Shown here piece by piece: positions 27,828 through 35,829 of a stretch of 59,919 nucleotides of DNA. The translations under genes were made by a program, and so were the position numbers. The DNA lies in the UHGV virus genome UHGV-0342645. One strand, 5' to 3'. Below the pieces are notes generated by a model, which saw only the letters and a list, made by a program, of their open reading frames with translations, made no database searches and was not told the DNA's origin. This DNA is from a virus. Positions within the stretch are counted from its first letter, which is position 1; each line of letters starts with the position of its first letter.

Positions 27828-28628
27828 ATGAGCAACATTGAAGACAAAAAAGCTGCCGCCGCAGCCGCCGCTGCCGCTGCAAAATCTGCTAAACCTGCAA
27901 AGAAAGAAGCTACTGTGAATGATGCAGAAGCTAAGAAAGCCGCTGCCGCTGAAGCTGCACGCGTAGCAAAAGAGAAAAAAGAAGCAGAGAAAAAAGCTGC
28001 CGCTGAAAAGAAACAAGCTGAAATCCGCACTGAAGCGGAAAACAAATTTACCGCTCTTTCCCAGGCAGTTGAAACCGTGAAGTTTGCTTTATCTGGTATT
28101 ACCGATGAAAGCACTGTTGAACAGATTACGGAAGCAGAATCTAAGGGTTCTGAACAGCTGAAGCATTTAAAGAATGCTCTGAAAGAGCTGAAAGCAGTTG
28201 TTAAAAAATCCAAAGGTGAAGATCTGTCCGGTGCAGTGACTGCTGCTCAGAGCATGGTAGACGAACTGGATTCGTCTATTAAAGGCTTCAAAGACAAGAT
28301 CCGTGCTGCAAAACAGGCAGAAAAAGAAGCGGAAAAAGCACGCGCTAAAGAGCTCCGCGAGAAAGAAAAAGAAGCTAATCGTATGCCGGAACAGAACGGT
28401 GTTCGTCGTCCGCAACCGGAAACTTCCTGCGGTCGTGCCTGGGCTCTGATGGACCAGATTAGCGCTACGCTGGGTCAGCCTGCTCCGATCTCTTATGTTC
28501 TGAATCTGGCTGGTCGCCAGGGGCTGAACGAAGATACCGTTAAAACCCAGTATGCACGCTGGAAGAAATTTAATGGTGTAACTGGTCGCGTACCTGTACC
28601 AGTACCGGAAGCCCTGAACGGCTTGTAA
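27828..28628 (+). CDS. Ala/Lys-rich histone-H1-like protein
   Basis: GGAG RBS; N-terminal KKAAAAAAAAAAKSAKPAKK and KEKKEAEKKAAAEKK tracts; globular C-terminal region. Confidence 0.5.
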   Translation: MSNIEDKKAAAAAAAAAAKSAKPAKKEATVNDAEAKKAAAAEAARVAKEKKEAEKKAAAEKKQAEIRTEAENKFTALSQAVETVKFALSGITDESTVEQITEAESKGSEQLKHLKNALKELKAVVKKSKGEDLSGAVTAAQSMVDELDSSIKGFKDKIRAAKQAEKEAEKARAKELREKEKEANRMPEQNGVRRPQPETSCGRAWALMDQISATLGQPAPISYVLNLAGRQGLNEDTVKTQYARWKKFNGVTGRVPVPVPEALNGL

Positions 28629-28655
28629 TATCAAAACATATCACGTTATAATGAA

Positions 28656-28682
28656 GGCGCCCAATGAGGCGCTTTCTTTTTC
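28656..28682 (+). terminator. rho-independent terminator
   Basis: GGCGCC-CAATGA-GGCGC followed by TTTCTTTTT. Confidence 0.55.
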
Positions 28683-28697
28683 ACTAGAGGATTTAAG

Positions 28698-29405
28698 ATG
28701 AATATTAATCAACAAGCTCCCGAGTCTCGTTCTAAAGAAAACGATATGTATTTAGACGTGCATTCGGTATTCTCTACCATTCAGGGTGAAGGTCCGTTCT
28801 GCGGCCAGCCTGCTGTATTTGTGCGCCTTGCTGGATGTAACCTGCAATGCCCAGGCTGCGACACGGATTATACTGTTGGTCGTTCTCTTTACCACATTGT
28901 TGATATCATGCGTTTAATCGAAAGCCGTAAGCTGGAATCAGGCAATAGCACCTCACTTGTGGTTATTACTGGGGGTGAACCGTTCCGTCAGCAAATTAAC
29001 CCGCTTATTGAACAACTGTTATCGCGGGGCTATTTGGTGCAAATCGAAACTAATGGGTCTATGCCTTTACCTAAGAACTTTTCCCAGTTGCCTGTGATTG
29101 TATGTAGCCCCAAGACCTCAAAGATTCATCCTTCTGTGCTTTACCGCGCTAATGCATTTAAATATGTACTTAAAGCGTGCTGTGTAAACGTGGAAGATGG
29201 TTTACCCCTTCAAGCATTAGATCATCAAGCTACGCCATTTATCGCTAGACCTCCGAAGGGGTTCAAGGGTAAGATATATTTACAGCCAATGGACGAGCAG
29301 GATGAAGACCTTAACCACAGTAACATCCAAGCGGTTGTCCAAAGCTGTATGAAACACGGATACACGTTGCAGCTTCAGGTTCACAAATATATCGGGGTGG
29401 AATAA
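28698..29405 (+). CDS. queE: 7-carboxy-7-deazaguanine synthase (radical SAM)
   Basis: GEGPFCGQPAVFVRLAGCNLQCPGCDTDY matches the QueE Cx14CxxC radical-SAM region; GAGGA RBS. Confidence 0.8.
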   Translation: MNINQQAPESRSKENDMYLDVHSVFSTIQGEGPFCGQPAVFVRLAGCNLQCPGCDTDYTVGRSLYHIVDIMRLIESRKLESGNSTSLVVITGGEPFRQQINPLIEQLLSRGYLVQIETNGSMPLPKNFSQLPVIVCSPKTSKIHPSVLYRANAFKYVLKACCVNVEDGLPLQALDHQATPFIARPPKGFKGKIYLQPMDEQDEDLNHSNIQAVVQSCMKHGYTLQLQVHKYIGVE

Positions 29406-29659
29406 TGCGTGTGTTAAGTCGGGTTGTGCATACTAAAGATGTTAATTTTTATGGTGTCACTTTAACCGTTCCAAGTCGAGTTGATTATCTGGCAGCTGAC
29501 AAGGATGGAAAGGTTTGTGGGTATGAAGTAGCTCCTCCAGAACTCAGTCATCGATTTGATAGATGGCTGCCAGCAGATCCGGGAGCTTACGAGTACGATG
29601 AAATAGCTTATGTAGACCTTGAAGGCTTAGACTGGACTCAAACATTAAGGGAGGTTTAA
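29405..29659 (+). CDS. hypothetical protein (paralog of 8050..8352)
   Basis: 84 aa; shares a DxDGxVxGY...VDLEGxDWxxTLxE signature with the early-arm ORF. Confidence 0.45.
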   Translation: MRVLSRVVHTKDVNFYGVTLTVPSRVDYLAADKDGKVCGYEVAPPELSHRFDRWLPADPGAYEYDEIAYVDLEGLDWTQTLREV

Positions 29660-29872
29660 ATGATCACTTTAGAAGAAGCGAAACAGCATCAGGAAATGAT
29701 CACTGAGATTGTAGAAAAACTTAATTCTGCAATTGCTCACGCTACTATGCAGGGTGTACATGTTGAATTAGATATTAACCACGTTAGCACAATCGGAGCA
29801 CGCAATCATCCGATTGTGCTGTCAAATGTAACAATTAATCCTTGTGATATTAAAGGTGTAGAAGATGAATGA
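29660..29872 (+). CDS. hypothetical small protein (tandem paralog A)
   Basis: 70 aa; AIAHATMQGVHVELDINHV resembles AICRAASKNIHSELEIHQR of the next ORF. Confidence 0.4.
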   Translation: MITLEEAKQHQEMITEIVEKLNSAIAHATMQGVHVELDINHVSTIGARNHPIVLSNVTINPCDIKGVEDE

Positions 29873-30053
29873 AGAAACTGTAATTCTTATGCAGAAAATT
29901 CAACGTTTACAGGACGAGTTGAATGACGCTATTTGCCGCGCTGCATCCAAGAACATACATTCGGAGCTTGAAATACACCAGCGTAAGGTAACATCTGAAG
30001 CGGTGGTGGAACAAGTAGTCATTAACCTCAATATTAGTCTTAAAGGTTTCTAA
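29865..30053 (+). CDS. hypothetical small protein (tandem paralog B)
   Basis: 62 aa; similar to the preceding ORF; overlaps it by 8 nt. Confidence 0.4.
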   Translation: MNEETVILMQKIQRLQDELNDAICRAASKNIHSELEIHQRKVTSEAVVEQVVINLNISLKGF

Positions 30054-30054
30054 A

Positions 30055-30762
30055 ATGAATAAATTAGATAAACTGGTATTCCCTGTAAAAAATCATAACT
30101 CCGCCGTTGTAGTCCTGTCTGGCGGCCAGGACAGTGTGACCTGTTTAGGTCTTGCACTTAATAACTATGATAAGGTTTACGCTATTGGTTTTGCATACGG
30201 TCAACGTCATAACATTGAGCTGGCTTGTGCTAATCAAATTTGTAAAGAGCACGATGTCCCATTTGTTGTCTTTGAATTACCTGCTTTGAAACAGATTGGG
30301 AATAGCGCTTTAATCGGGGATGAAGGTGATGTTAACGAACATCACGAACAGCACAACAACCTTCCGGCAAGCTTTGTGCCAAACCGTAATGCTCTTTTCC
30401 TCACTACCGCGCACGCTTACGCACAGAAAGTTGGCGCTCGATATGTGGTTACGGGCGTTTGTGAAACAGACTATAGCGGTTATCCGGATTGCCGCCAGCA
30501 GTTTGTAAACTTGCTTGAAGCTACATTAAACGTTGGATATGAAACTGATATCCATTTTGTTACACCGCTTATGCGTTTAAATAAAGCGGAAACGTTTGAA
30601 CTGGCGGATAAGGTTGGTTTCTTAACCACAGTAATTGAACAGTCCCATACTTGCTATAACGGTGTCCGTCGCACTCTGCATGACTGGGGCTATGGTTGCG
30701 GTGAATGCCCTGCGTGCAAACTGCGTGCTAAAGGGTACAGCGAATTTATTAGCAAAGCTTAA
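30055..30762 (+). CDS. queC: 7-cyano-7-deazaguanine synthase
   Basis: PP-loop VVLSGGQDSVTC, GVCETDYSGYPDCR and C-terminal CYNG...GCGECPAC zinc-binding motif; 235 aa with no fused amidotransferase domain. Confidence 0.85.
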   Translation: MNKLDKLVFPVKNHNSAVVVLSGGQDSVTCLGLALNNYDKVYAIGFAYGQRHNIELACANQICKEHDVPFVVFELPALKQIGNSALIGDEGDVNEHHEQHNNLPASFVPNRNALFLTTAHAYAQKVGARYVVTGVCETDYSGYPDCRQQFVNLLEATLNVGYETDIHFVTPLMRLNKAETFELADKVGFLTTVIEQSHTCYNGVRRTLHDWGYGCGECPACKLRAKGYSEFISKA

Positions 30763-30882
30763 TCTTACCGCGAAAACCGCACCGCTAGCGCATTGTTTAG
30801 GGTGCGGGAACCCAACTATACTACTAAAGCTTTTAAACCCAACAACCAGCGAATACCGCTGTTAAAACTGGAGAACAAAAGT

Positions 30883-31362
30883 ATGAAATTTATCGTCGCT
30901 TATTTGGCTGCAATTACATTCGTAAATCTGGGCTTTTCCTACCTCCCAATGCTTAACACGCCTCTTGGCGTAGTCCCCATGATGGCTTTCTTTGTAGGTA
31001 TTATCTTTGTGTTGCGTGACTACGCACAGCGTAACGCTGGCAAAGGCGTTATCCCTGCAATGATTGTGGGTTGCATCCTTAGCTGGGTATTTGGGGACCC
31101 TGCTGTTGTAGTTGCATCCGTTGCATCCTTTGCTCTTAGCGAGTTTGCGGACTATGCGGTATACACGATTACTAAGAAGCCGTTTCATCAACGTGTATTT
31201 ATCAGCTCTTTGGTAGCTGTACCAATTGACTCCATTGTGTTCTTAAGTATTATAGGTATTGTTAATCCGGGATCAATGGTAGCAATGAGCTTAAGTAAGT
31301 TCACAGCATCTGCCATCCTTTGGGTTGTTTACGAAGTTCATTCACGTACAGCGAGAGCGTAA
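30883..31362 (+). CDS. yhhQ: queuosine-precursor transporter-like membrane protein (YhhQ family, putative)
   Basis: 159-aa polytopic membrane protein with VLRDYAQRN and SEFADYAVY motifs reminiscent of YhhQ; located between queC and queD. Confidence 0.45.
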   Translation: MKFIVAYLAAITFVNLGFSYLPMLNTPLGVVPMMAFFVGIIFVLRDYAQRNAGKGVIPAMIVGCILSWVFGDPAVVVASVASFALSEFADYAVYTITKKPFHQRVFISSLVAVPIDSIVFLSIIGIVNPGSMVAMSLSKFTASAILWVVYEVHSRTARA

Positions 31363-31363
31363 A

Positions 31364-31954
31364 ATGAAAGATAATTTGAATAAAATTTGGCATCAACACG
31401 ACGGTAAAGGAATGCCTATTTTTCTTCGTAATGAGAAGTTTGAAGTTCGTTTGCGCAACGGCACACACGTTAAGAATCTATTACATGGATGGGATTGGGC
31501 TATGGAAGGGCGTTCAGCTATGGATGAGAATAGCCCTTATAAAGTTCAAGATATTATAGCCTGGCGATATATTGTTGCGGATGATTACGTCAAACAAGCC
31601 GGCGAAAACACTCGCTCCGGAGTGTGCCATCAATCTTCTTCTGGAATAAGCATAAGTAATACATTTAATGGTGCAGTTTTTACGAAATATGAACCATCTA
31701 AAATTCCCATGAATAAATATCAGAAAATTATTTATGGTAAAGATCAAAACGGCAATGTTGTAAAATGCATCGTGGACGTGTATGATGTCTTGGAAGCTTG
31801 GAAAACGACTAACCCAGCTTTACAACATTTGATTAAAAAGGCGTTGCAGCCTGGCGAACGCGGTCATAAAAGTCTGGTAGAAGACTTGAAAGATATTATT
31901 GCATCTGCACAGCGTGCGTTAGAAATTGAACAGTCTAAAGAGGTGTTAAAATGA
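31364..31954 (+). CDS. uncharacterised protein inside the 7-deazaguanine cluster
   Basis: 196-aa soluble ORF between the yhhQ-like gene and queD; start 1 nt after upstream stop, stop overlaps the queD start; no motif recognised. Confidence 0.5.
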   Translation: MKDNLNKIWHQHDGKGMPIFLRNEKFEVRLRNGTHVKNLLHGWDWAMEGRSAMDENSPYKVQDIIAWRYIVADDYVKQAGENTRSGVCHQSSSGISISNTFNGAVFTKYEPSKIPMNKYQKIIYGKDQNGNVVKCIVDVYDVLEAWKTTNPALQHLIKKALQPGERGHKSLVEDLKDIIASAQRALEIEQSKEVLK

Positions 31955-32484
31955 GCTATACAGTAATTCGTTCACATGAAATTTGTGCTGGACATCGTGT
32001 TGTAGGACATGAAAGCAAGTGTCGTCATCTTCACGGTCACAACTATAAGTTTCACTTTAAGGTTGCACCGAAGCGCGTAGAAAGCGAAAACTACATCCCG
32101 GGCGCGAAAGGTTTCTCCGTTGAAGGTAAACTGGACGATGTCGGGCGCGTTATTGATTTTAGTGTGGTTAAGACTACGCTCTGTCAGTGGCTGGAAGACA
32201 ACTGGGATCACAAGTTCCTGCACTGGGAAAATGATCCTCTCATTAAAGGCCTCGATGCTCTTTTACGTCACGACGCTGCTATAGGGTATGACGTGGTAGA
32301 GCAAGAGGACGGATCCCATTTCTTTGACTCACTGGTAGCGCTACCGTTCAACCCAACTGCGGAGAACTTAGCTGCATATATGGTTAACGTAATTGGACCG
32401 CAACTACTTGACGGACATGGTGTTCAACTTGTAGAATGCACCATCGAAGAAACTTCGAAATGCCACGTAAATTATAGCCTGTAA
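31951..32484 (+). CDS. queD: 6-carboxy-5,6,7,8-tetrahydropterin synthase
   Basis: EICAGHRVVGHESKCRHLHGHNYKFHF matches the QueD/PTPS Cys and HGH zinc-binding motif. Confidence 0.75.
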   Translation: MSYTVIRSHEICAGHRVVGHESKCRHLHGHNYKFHFKVAPKRVESENYIPGAKGFSVEGKLDDVGRVIDFSVVKTTLCQWLEDNWDHKFLHWENDPLIKGLDALLRHDAAIGYDVVEQEDGSHFFDSLVALPFNPTAENLAAYMVNVIGPQLLDGHGVQLVECTIEETSKCHVNYSL

Positions 32485-32519
32485 TATGACCACATTAACA
32501 AACAAGGAAACTGCAAACC

Positions 32520-33101
32520 ATGCGTAAAGATACTGTAAAAATTGCTATTAGTTCATTACTTTTAAATATTGAAGGTTCAACAGAACTCCGTCCTGGGTTG
32601 GAAGAGACTCCTGAACGTGTCGCTAAAGCATACCAGACGTGGTTCGGCGGTTACGATGTAGATATCGCTGGATTGTTTAAAACCTTTGAGGATGGGGCTG
32701 AAAACACCAATGAAATGGTCATTGCCCGTGATATTCCTGTATACAGTCATTGTGAGCATCACATGGCTCCTATTATCGGTCATGCTGTTGTGGGTTATGT
32801 TCCCAATGGGAAGATCGTTGGGCTCAGTAAACTGTCTCGCGTAGTTGATGCTTTTAGCCGTCGCTTGCAAGTCCAAGAGCGTCTAACTAACCAGATTGCA
32901 GACGCTATCCAGGAGCATTTAAACCCGAAAGCTGTATGCGTTTATATTGACGCCAAACATATGTGCATGGAGTCGCGCGGTGTTAAGCAGGTATGCGGCA
33001 GCTCTACCATTACCAAAGCGTTCCGGGGCGCTACAGAACTGGAGCATGGTAGCGATATTGGTAAAGAATGGCGCCGGGAGTTCCTTGAAGCTTGTAAATA
33101 A
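32520..33101 (+). CDS. folE: GTP cyclohydrolase I
   Basis: CEHHMAPIIGHAVVGYVPNGKIVGLSKLSRVVDAFSRRLQVQERLTNQIA is nearly collinear with the FolE active-site region. Confidence 0.85.
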   Translation: MRKDTVKIAISSLLLNIEGSTELRPGLEETPERVAKAYQTWFGGYDVDIAGLFKTFEDGAENTNEMVIARDIPVYSHCEHHMAPIIGHAVVGYVPNGKIVGLSKLSRVVDAFSRRLQVQERLTNQIADAIQEHLNPKAVCVYIDAKHMCMESRGVKQVCGSSTITKAFRGATELEHGSDIGKEWRREFLEACK

Positions 33102-33171
33102 TAGATAGCTTTACAGATCAAGCCCATATCGGTCATAATACTGGTATGGGCTTTTTAGTTGGTATAAGACA

Positions 33172-33729
33172 ATGGAAATTATCACAAGAGCTGAAGCAAA
33201 AGAAAGAGGTTTGAAATATTATTTTACTGGTAAGCCTTGTGCGAAAGGTCATCTTTCTGAAAGAAAGACTGTAGATGGCTATTGCATTACTTGTGACAGA
33301 GAAGCACGAAAGAAAAGAATGCGTATTTACAATAAAACAGAAGCTGCAAGGAATGCTATTAAGAGATATCATAAGTCACAGAAAGGAAAAGAAGCCCTTC
33401 AACGTTCAAAAGCTGCTTATAATTCTACTGAGAAAGGTAAAGAACAAAATAAAGAAAGGCTGAAACGCTGGGCTAAGACAGATTACGGTAAAGCTAGATC
33501 AAGATTACATTCCCTTGAAGTGCATAAGAAAAGGTCTTTAAGAATCCCTGCGTGGTCTGAAAAAGAACAAATTGAATTGTTCTACGCTAACTGCCCGGAT
33601 GGGATGGAGGTTGATCATATTATACCTCTTTGCGGTAAAAGAGTTAGTGGACTTCACGTCCTTAGTAACCTACAATACTTATCTATTGAAGAAAACAGAT
33701 CTAAGCGTAATAAATTTGAGGTGGAATAA
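33172..33729 (+). CDS. HNH homing endonuclease
   Basis: C-terminal MEVDHIIPLCGKRVSGLHVLSNLQYLSIEENRSKRNK HNH motif; N-terminal Cys/His cluster; AT-rich with AGA/AGG Arg codons unlike the flanking genes. Confidence 0.7.
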   Translation: MEIITRAEAKERGLKYYFTGKPCAKGHLSERKTVDGYCITCDREARKKRMRIYNKTEAARNAIKRYHKSQKGKEALQRSKAAYNSTEKGKEQNKERLKRWAKTDYGKARSRLHSLEVHKKRSLRIPAWSEKEQIELFYANCPDGMEVDHIIPLCGKRVSGLHVLSNLQYLSIEENRSKRNKFEVE

Positions 33730-34649
33730 TGCATCTGTTTGTTGCTGCGGTATATACCAACGGCTATAAAGCTGGTCAACAACGATATGAAAAGTTAAAC
33801 GATCGGGAAAAGGACATCGTTAATAGCCTACCAAATATTTTGGAATCATACCACTACGTTGGACGTCAGAAGTATGTTGATCAAATGCGTGCGGACGGGG
33901 CTAAAGTGTTTCTCGACTCCGGAGCATTCTCCGCGCACTCGTTAGGTGCTCACATTGATATTGTCGAATATTGCGAATACATCAAACGCAATAAAGATAT
34001 CCTGCGCGTAGAAGATGGTGCTGTAATGGCGTCAGTGCTTGATGGTATCGGTGATCCACTGCAAACCTACCGTAACCAGCTTGAAATGGAAGCACGCGGT
34101 GCTAAACCGTTACCTTGCTTTCACTTTGGGGAGGACTTCCGCTATCTCGAATATTACATGAAGAACTACGAATATATCACCATCGGGGGCATGGTAGGGC
34201 GTTCCACGGACACGCTTAAAACTTGGCTTGACCGCATGTGGGATAAATATATTTGCGATGGTAGCGGTCGCCCTAAGATTAAGCTTCATGCATTTGGTAT
34301 TACGTCCACTACCATTATGGAACGTTACCCGTGGTATAGCTGTGACTCATCCTCCTGGATTCAAGCGGCAGCGTTTGGAAGTGTGGTTACTCCTCCGTGG
34401 GGCCCGATGCGCGTATCTGACAAGTCACCGGACCGACACCATTTCGGTAAGCACGTTTCAACGCTAACTGAAATTGAACAAGACGCTGTCCTTAAATACC
34501 TTGAGCAAAACGGTTTCACTTACGAACGTTTATCAACAATCTATGAATCACGTGCTGCCTTCAACTTATGGGCGTATGGTGTAATTGCTGCAAACATTAA
34601 CGCTACCCATGACGGCACATTCCGTGATCGTGTAATGGAGTTGTTCTGA
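33729..34649 (+). CDS. dpdA: DpdA-like DNA-guanine transglycosylase (TGT family)
   Basis: KVFLDSGAFS and ITIGGMVGRS segments typical of DpdA/TGT TIM-barrel proteins; 306 aa; embedded in the que cluster. Confidence 0.65.
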   Translation: MHLFVAAVYTNGYKAGQQRYEKLNDREKDIVNSLPNILESYHYVGRQKYVDQMRADGAKVFLDSGAFSAHSLGAHIDIVEYCEYIKRNKDILRVEDGAVMASVLDGIGDPLQTYRNQLEMEARGAKPLPCFHFGEDFRYLEYYMKNYEYITIGGMVGRSTDTLKTWLDRMWDKYICDGSGRPKIKLHAFGITSTTIMERYPWYSCDSSSWIQAAAFGSVVTPPWGPMRVSDKSPDRHHFGKHVSTLTEIEQDAVLKYLEQNGFTYERLSTIYESRAAFNLWAYGVIAANINATHDGTFRDRVMELF

Positions 34650-34876
34650 TGGCTAACTTAAGAAGACCAAAAGGTAAACGTAAATATACTCACACAGGCG
34701 TAAGAATTAATTACTACGGTGAAAACAGAGTAGTATTCCTCCACAAGACACCTAAGCAGTGGCAGGATCCGTCAGGCACATGGTTTAATGCACAAGGGAA
34801 ACAAATGGGACTTTATGGATACCCTCCAACCTGTGAATTAGATTTAACCACAATTAGAGCAATCGAGGATCGCTAA
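34649..34876 (+). CDS. hypothetical basic protein
   Basis: 75-aa ORF translationally coupled to dpdA (ATGA overlap). Confidence 0.4.
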   Translation: MANLRRPKGKRKYTHTGVRINYYGENRVVFLHKTPKQWQDPSGTWFNAQGKQMGLYGYPPTCELDLTTIRAIEDR

Positions 34877-35829
34877 TGTTAGACGCTCTTAAATTTGTTC
34901 AAGGCTCCGTTGCTAAAAAGGAACTGGTAGAAGGGCTTACCAGTTTTCTTATTCGTGACGGCCAAGTACAGGGCTTTAACGGTGTTATCGCACTGGGTAG
35001 CCCTATTGAGTTGGATATTGATTGCAAGCCCGAAGCTGGACCTATGATCAAAGCTATTTCAAACTGTGATGAAACAGTGCAGTTAACAATGATGGCTAAC
35101 GGTAAGCTGAATATCAAGTCAGGTCCGTTTCGTGTTGCTATACGCTGCATTGATAAAGAAACGCCGCACGTATTCCCTGAAGGCGATTTGTACGAAATAG
35201 ACGGTGCTCGCTTTGTTCATGGTGTGAAGTCCGTTGCTCCATTTGTAGGCTCCGATGCTTCCCGTCCGTGGGCTTGCGGTATCCTGATTAATAACGGTAG
35301 CCTGTTTGCTACAAATAACGTCACTATTGCGGAATACTGGTTTGGTAATCAATTCCCTATCGATTGCATAATACCTTCCGTTGCAATTAAAGAAATACTG
35401 CGTATTAAAGCTAACCCGACGCATATTCAGGTCAGTAAAAATAACGTAACGTTTCATTATTCGGAAGGTCGCTGGTTGCGCACACAGCTTATTGATGCAG
35501 AGTGGCCCGATATACGTCGTATTTTAAATGTTCAATGCAATGCACATCCTGTTGATCCAGGTCTTTTTGAAGGCTTGCATAAAATTAAACCGTTCGCAGA
35601 AGACCGACCGCGTGTATATATTGAAAACGGTCTAGCCCGTACTCACTATGATGATGCGGAAGGTGCAAGCTTTGTATTACAGGACCGCACAATAACGGGA
35701 GTGTACAATATTGACATCCTGCTATTGCTTGAAAATGTGGTTAAGACTGCGGACTTTAGTTTATATCCGCAACCTTGCGCATTCTTTGGGGAAAATCTTC
35801 GCGGTGTATTAATTGGAGAACGTGTCTAA
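34876..35829 (+). CDS. DNA polymerase sliding clamp, beta-clamp-like (putative)
   Basis: N-terminus MLDALKFVQGS and LNIKSGPFRVAIRCIDKETPHVFPE resemble the DnaN segment around SGRSRF...DFP; directly upstream of the polymerase. Confidence 0.4.
   Translation: MLDALKFVQGSVAKKELVEGLTSFLIRDGQVQGFNGVIALGSPIELDIDCKPEAGPMIKAISNCDETVQLTMMANGKLNIKSGPFRVAIRCIDKETPHVFPEGDLYEIDGARFVHGVKSVAPFVGSDASRPWACGILINNGSLFATNNVTIAEYWFGNQFPIDCIIPSVAIKEILRIKANPTHIQVSKNNVTFHYSEGRWLRTQLIDAEWPDIRRILNVQCNAHPVDPGLFEGLHKIKPFAEDRPRVYIENGLARTHYDDAEGASFVLQDRTITGVYNIDILLLLENVVKTADFSLYPQPCAFFGENLRGVLIGERV

Noticed and set aside
27729-28634. Minus-strand ORFs (95, 144, 155 aa) antisense to the Ala/Lys-rich gene
   Set aside because: Phe/Ser/Ala-rich mirror translations of the plus-strand low-complexity gene with no RBS; the plus-strand gene has an RBS and flanking terminators
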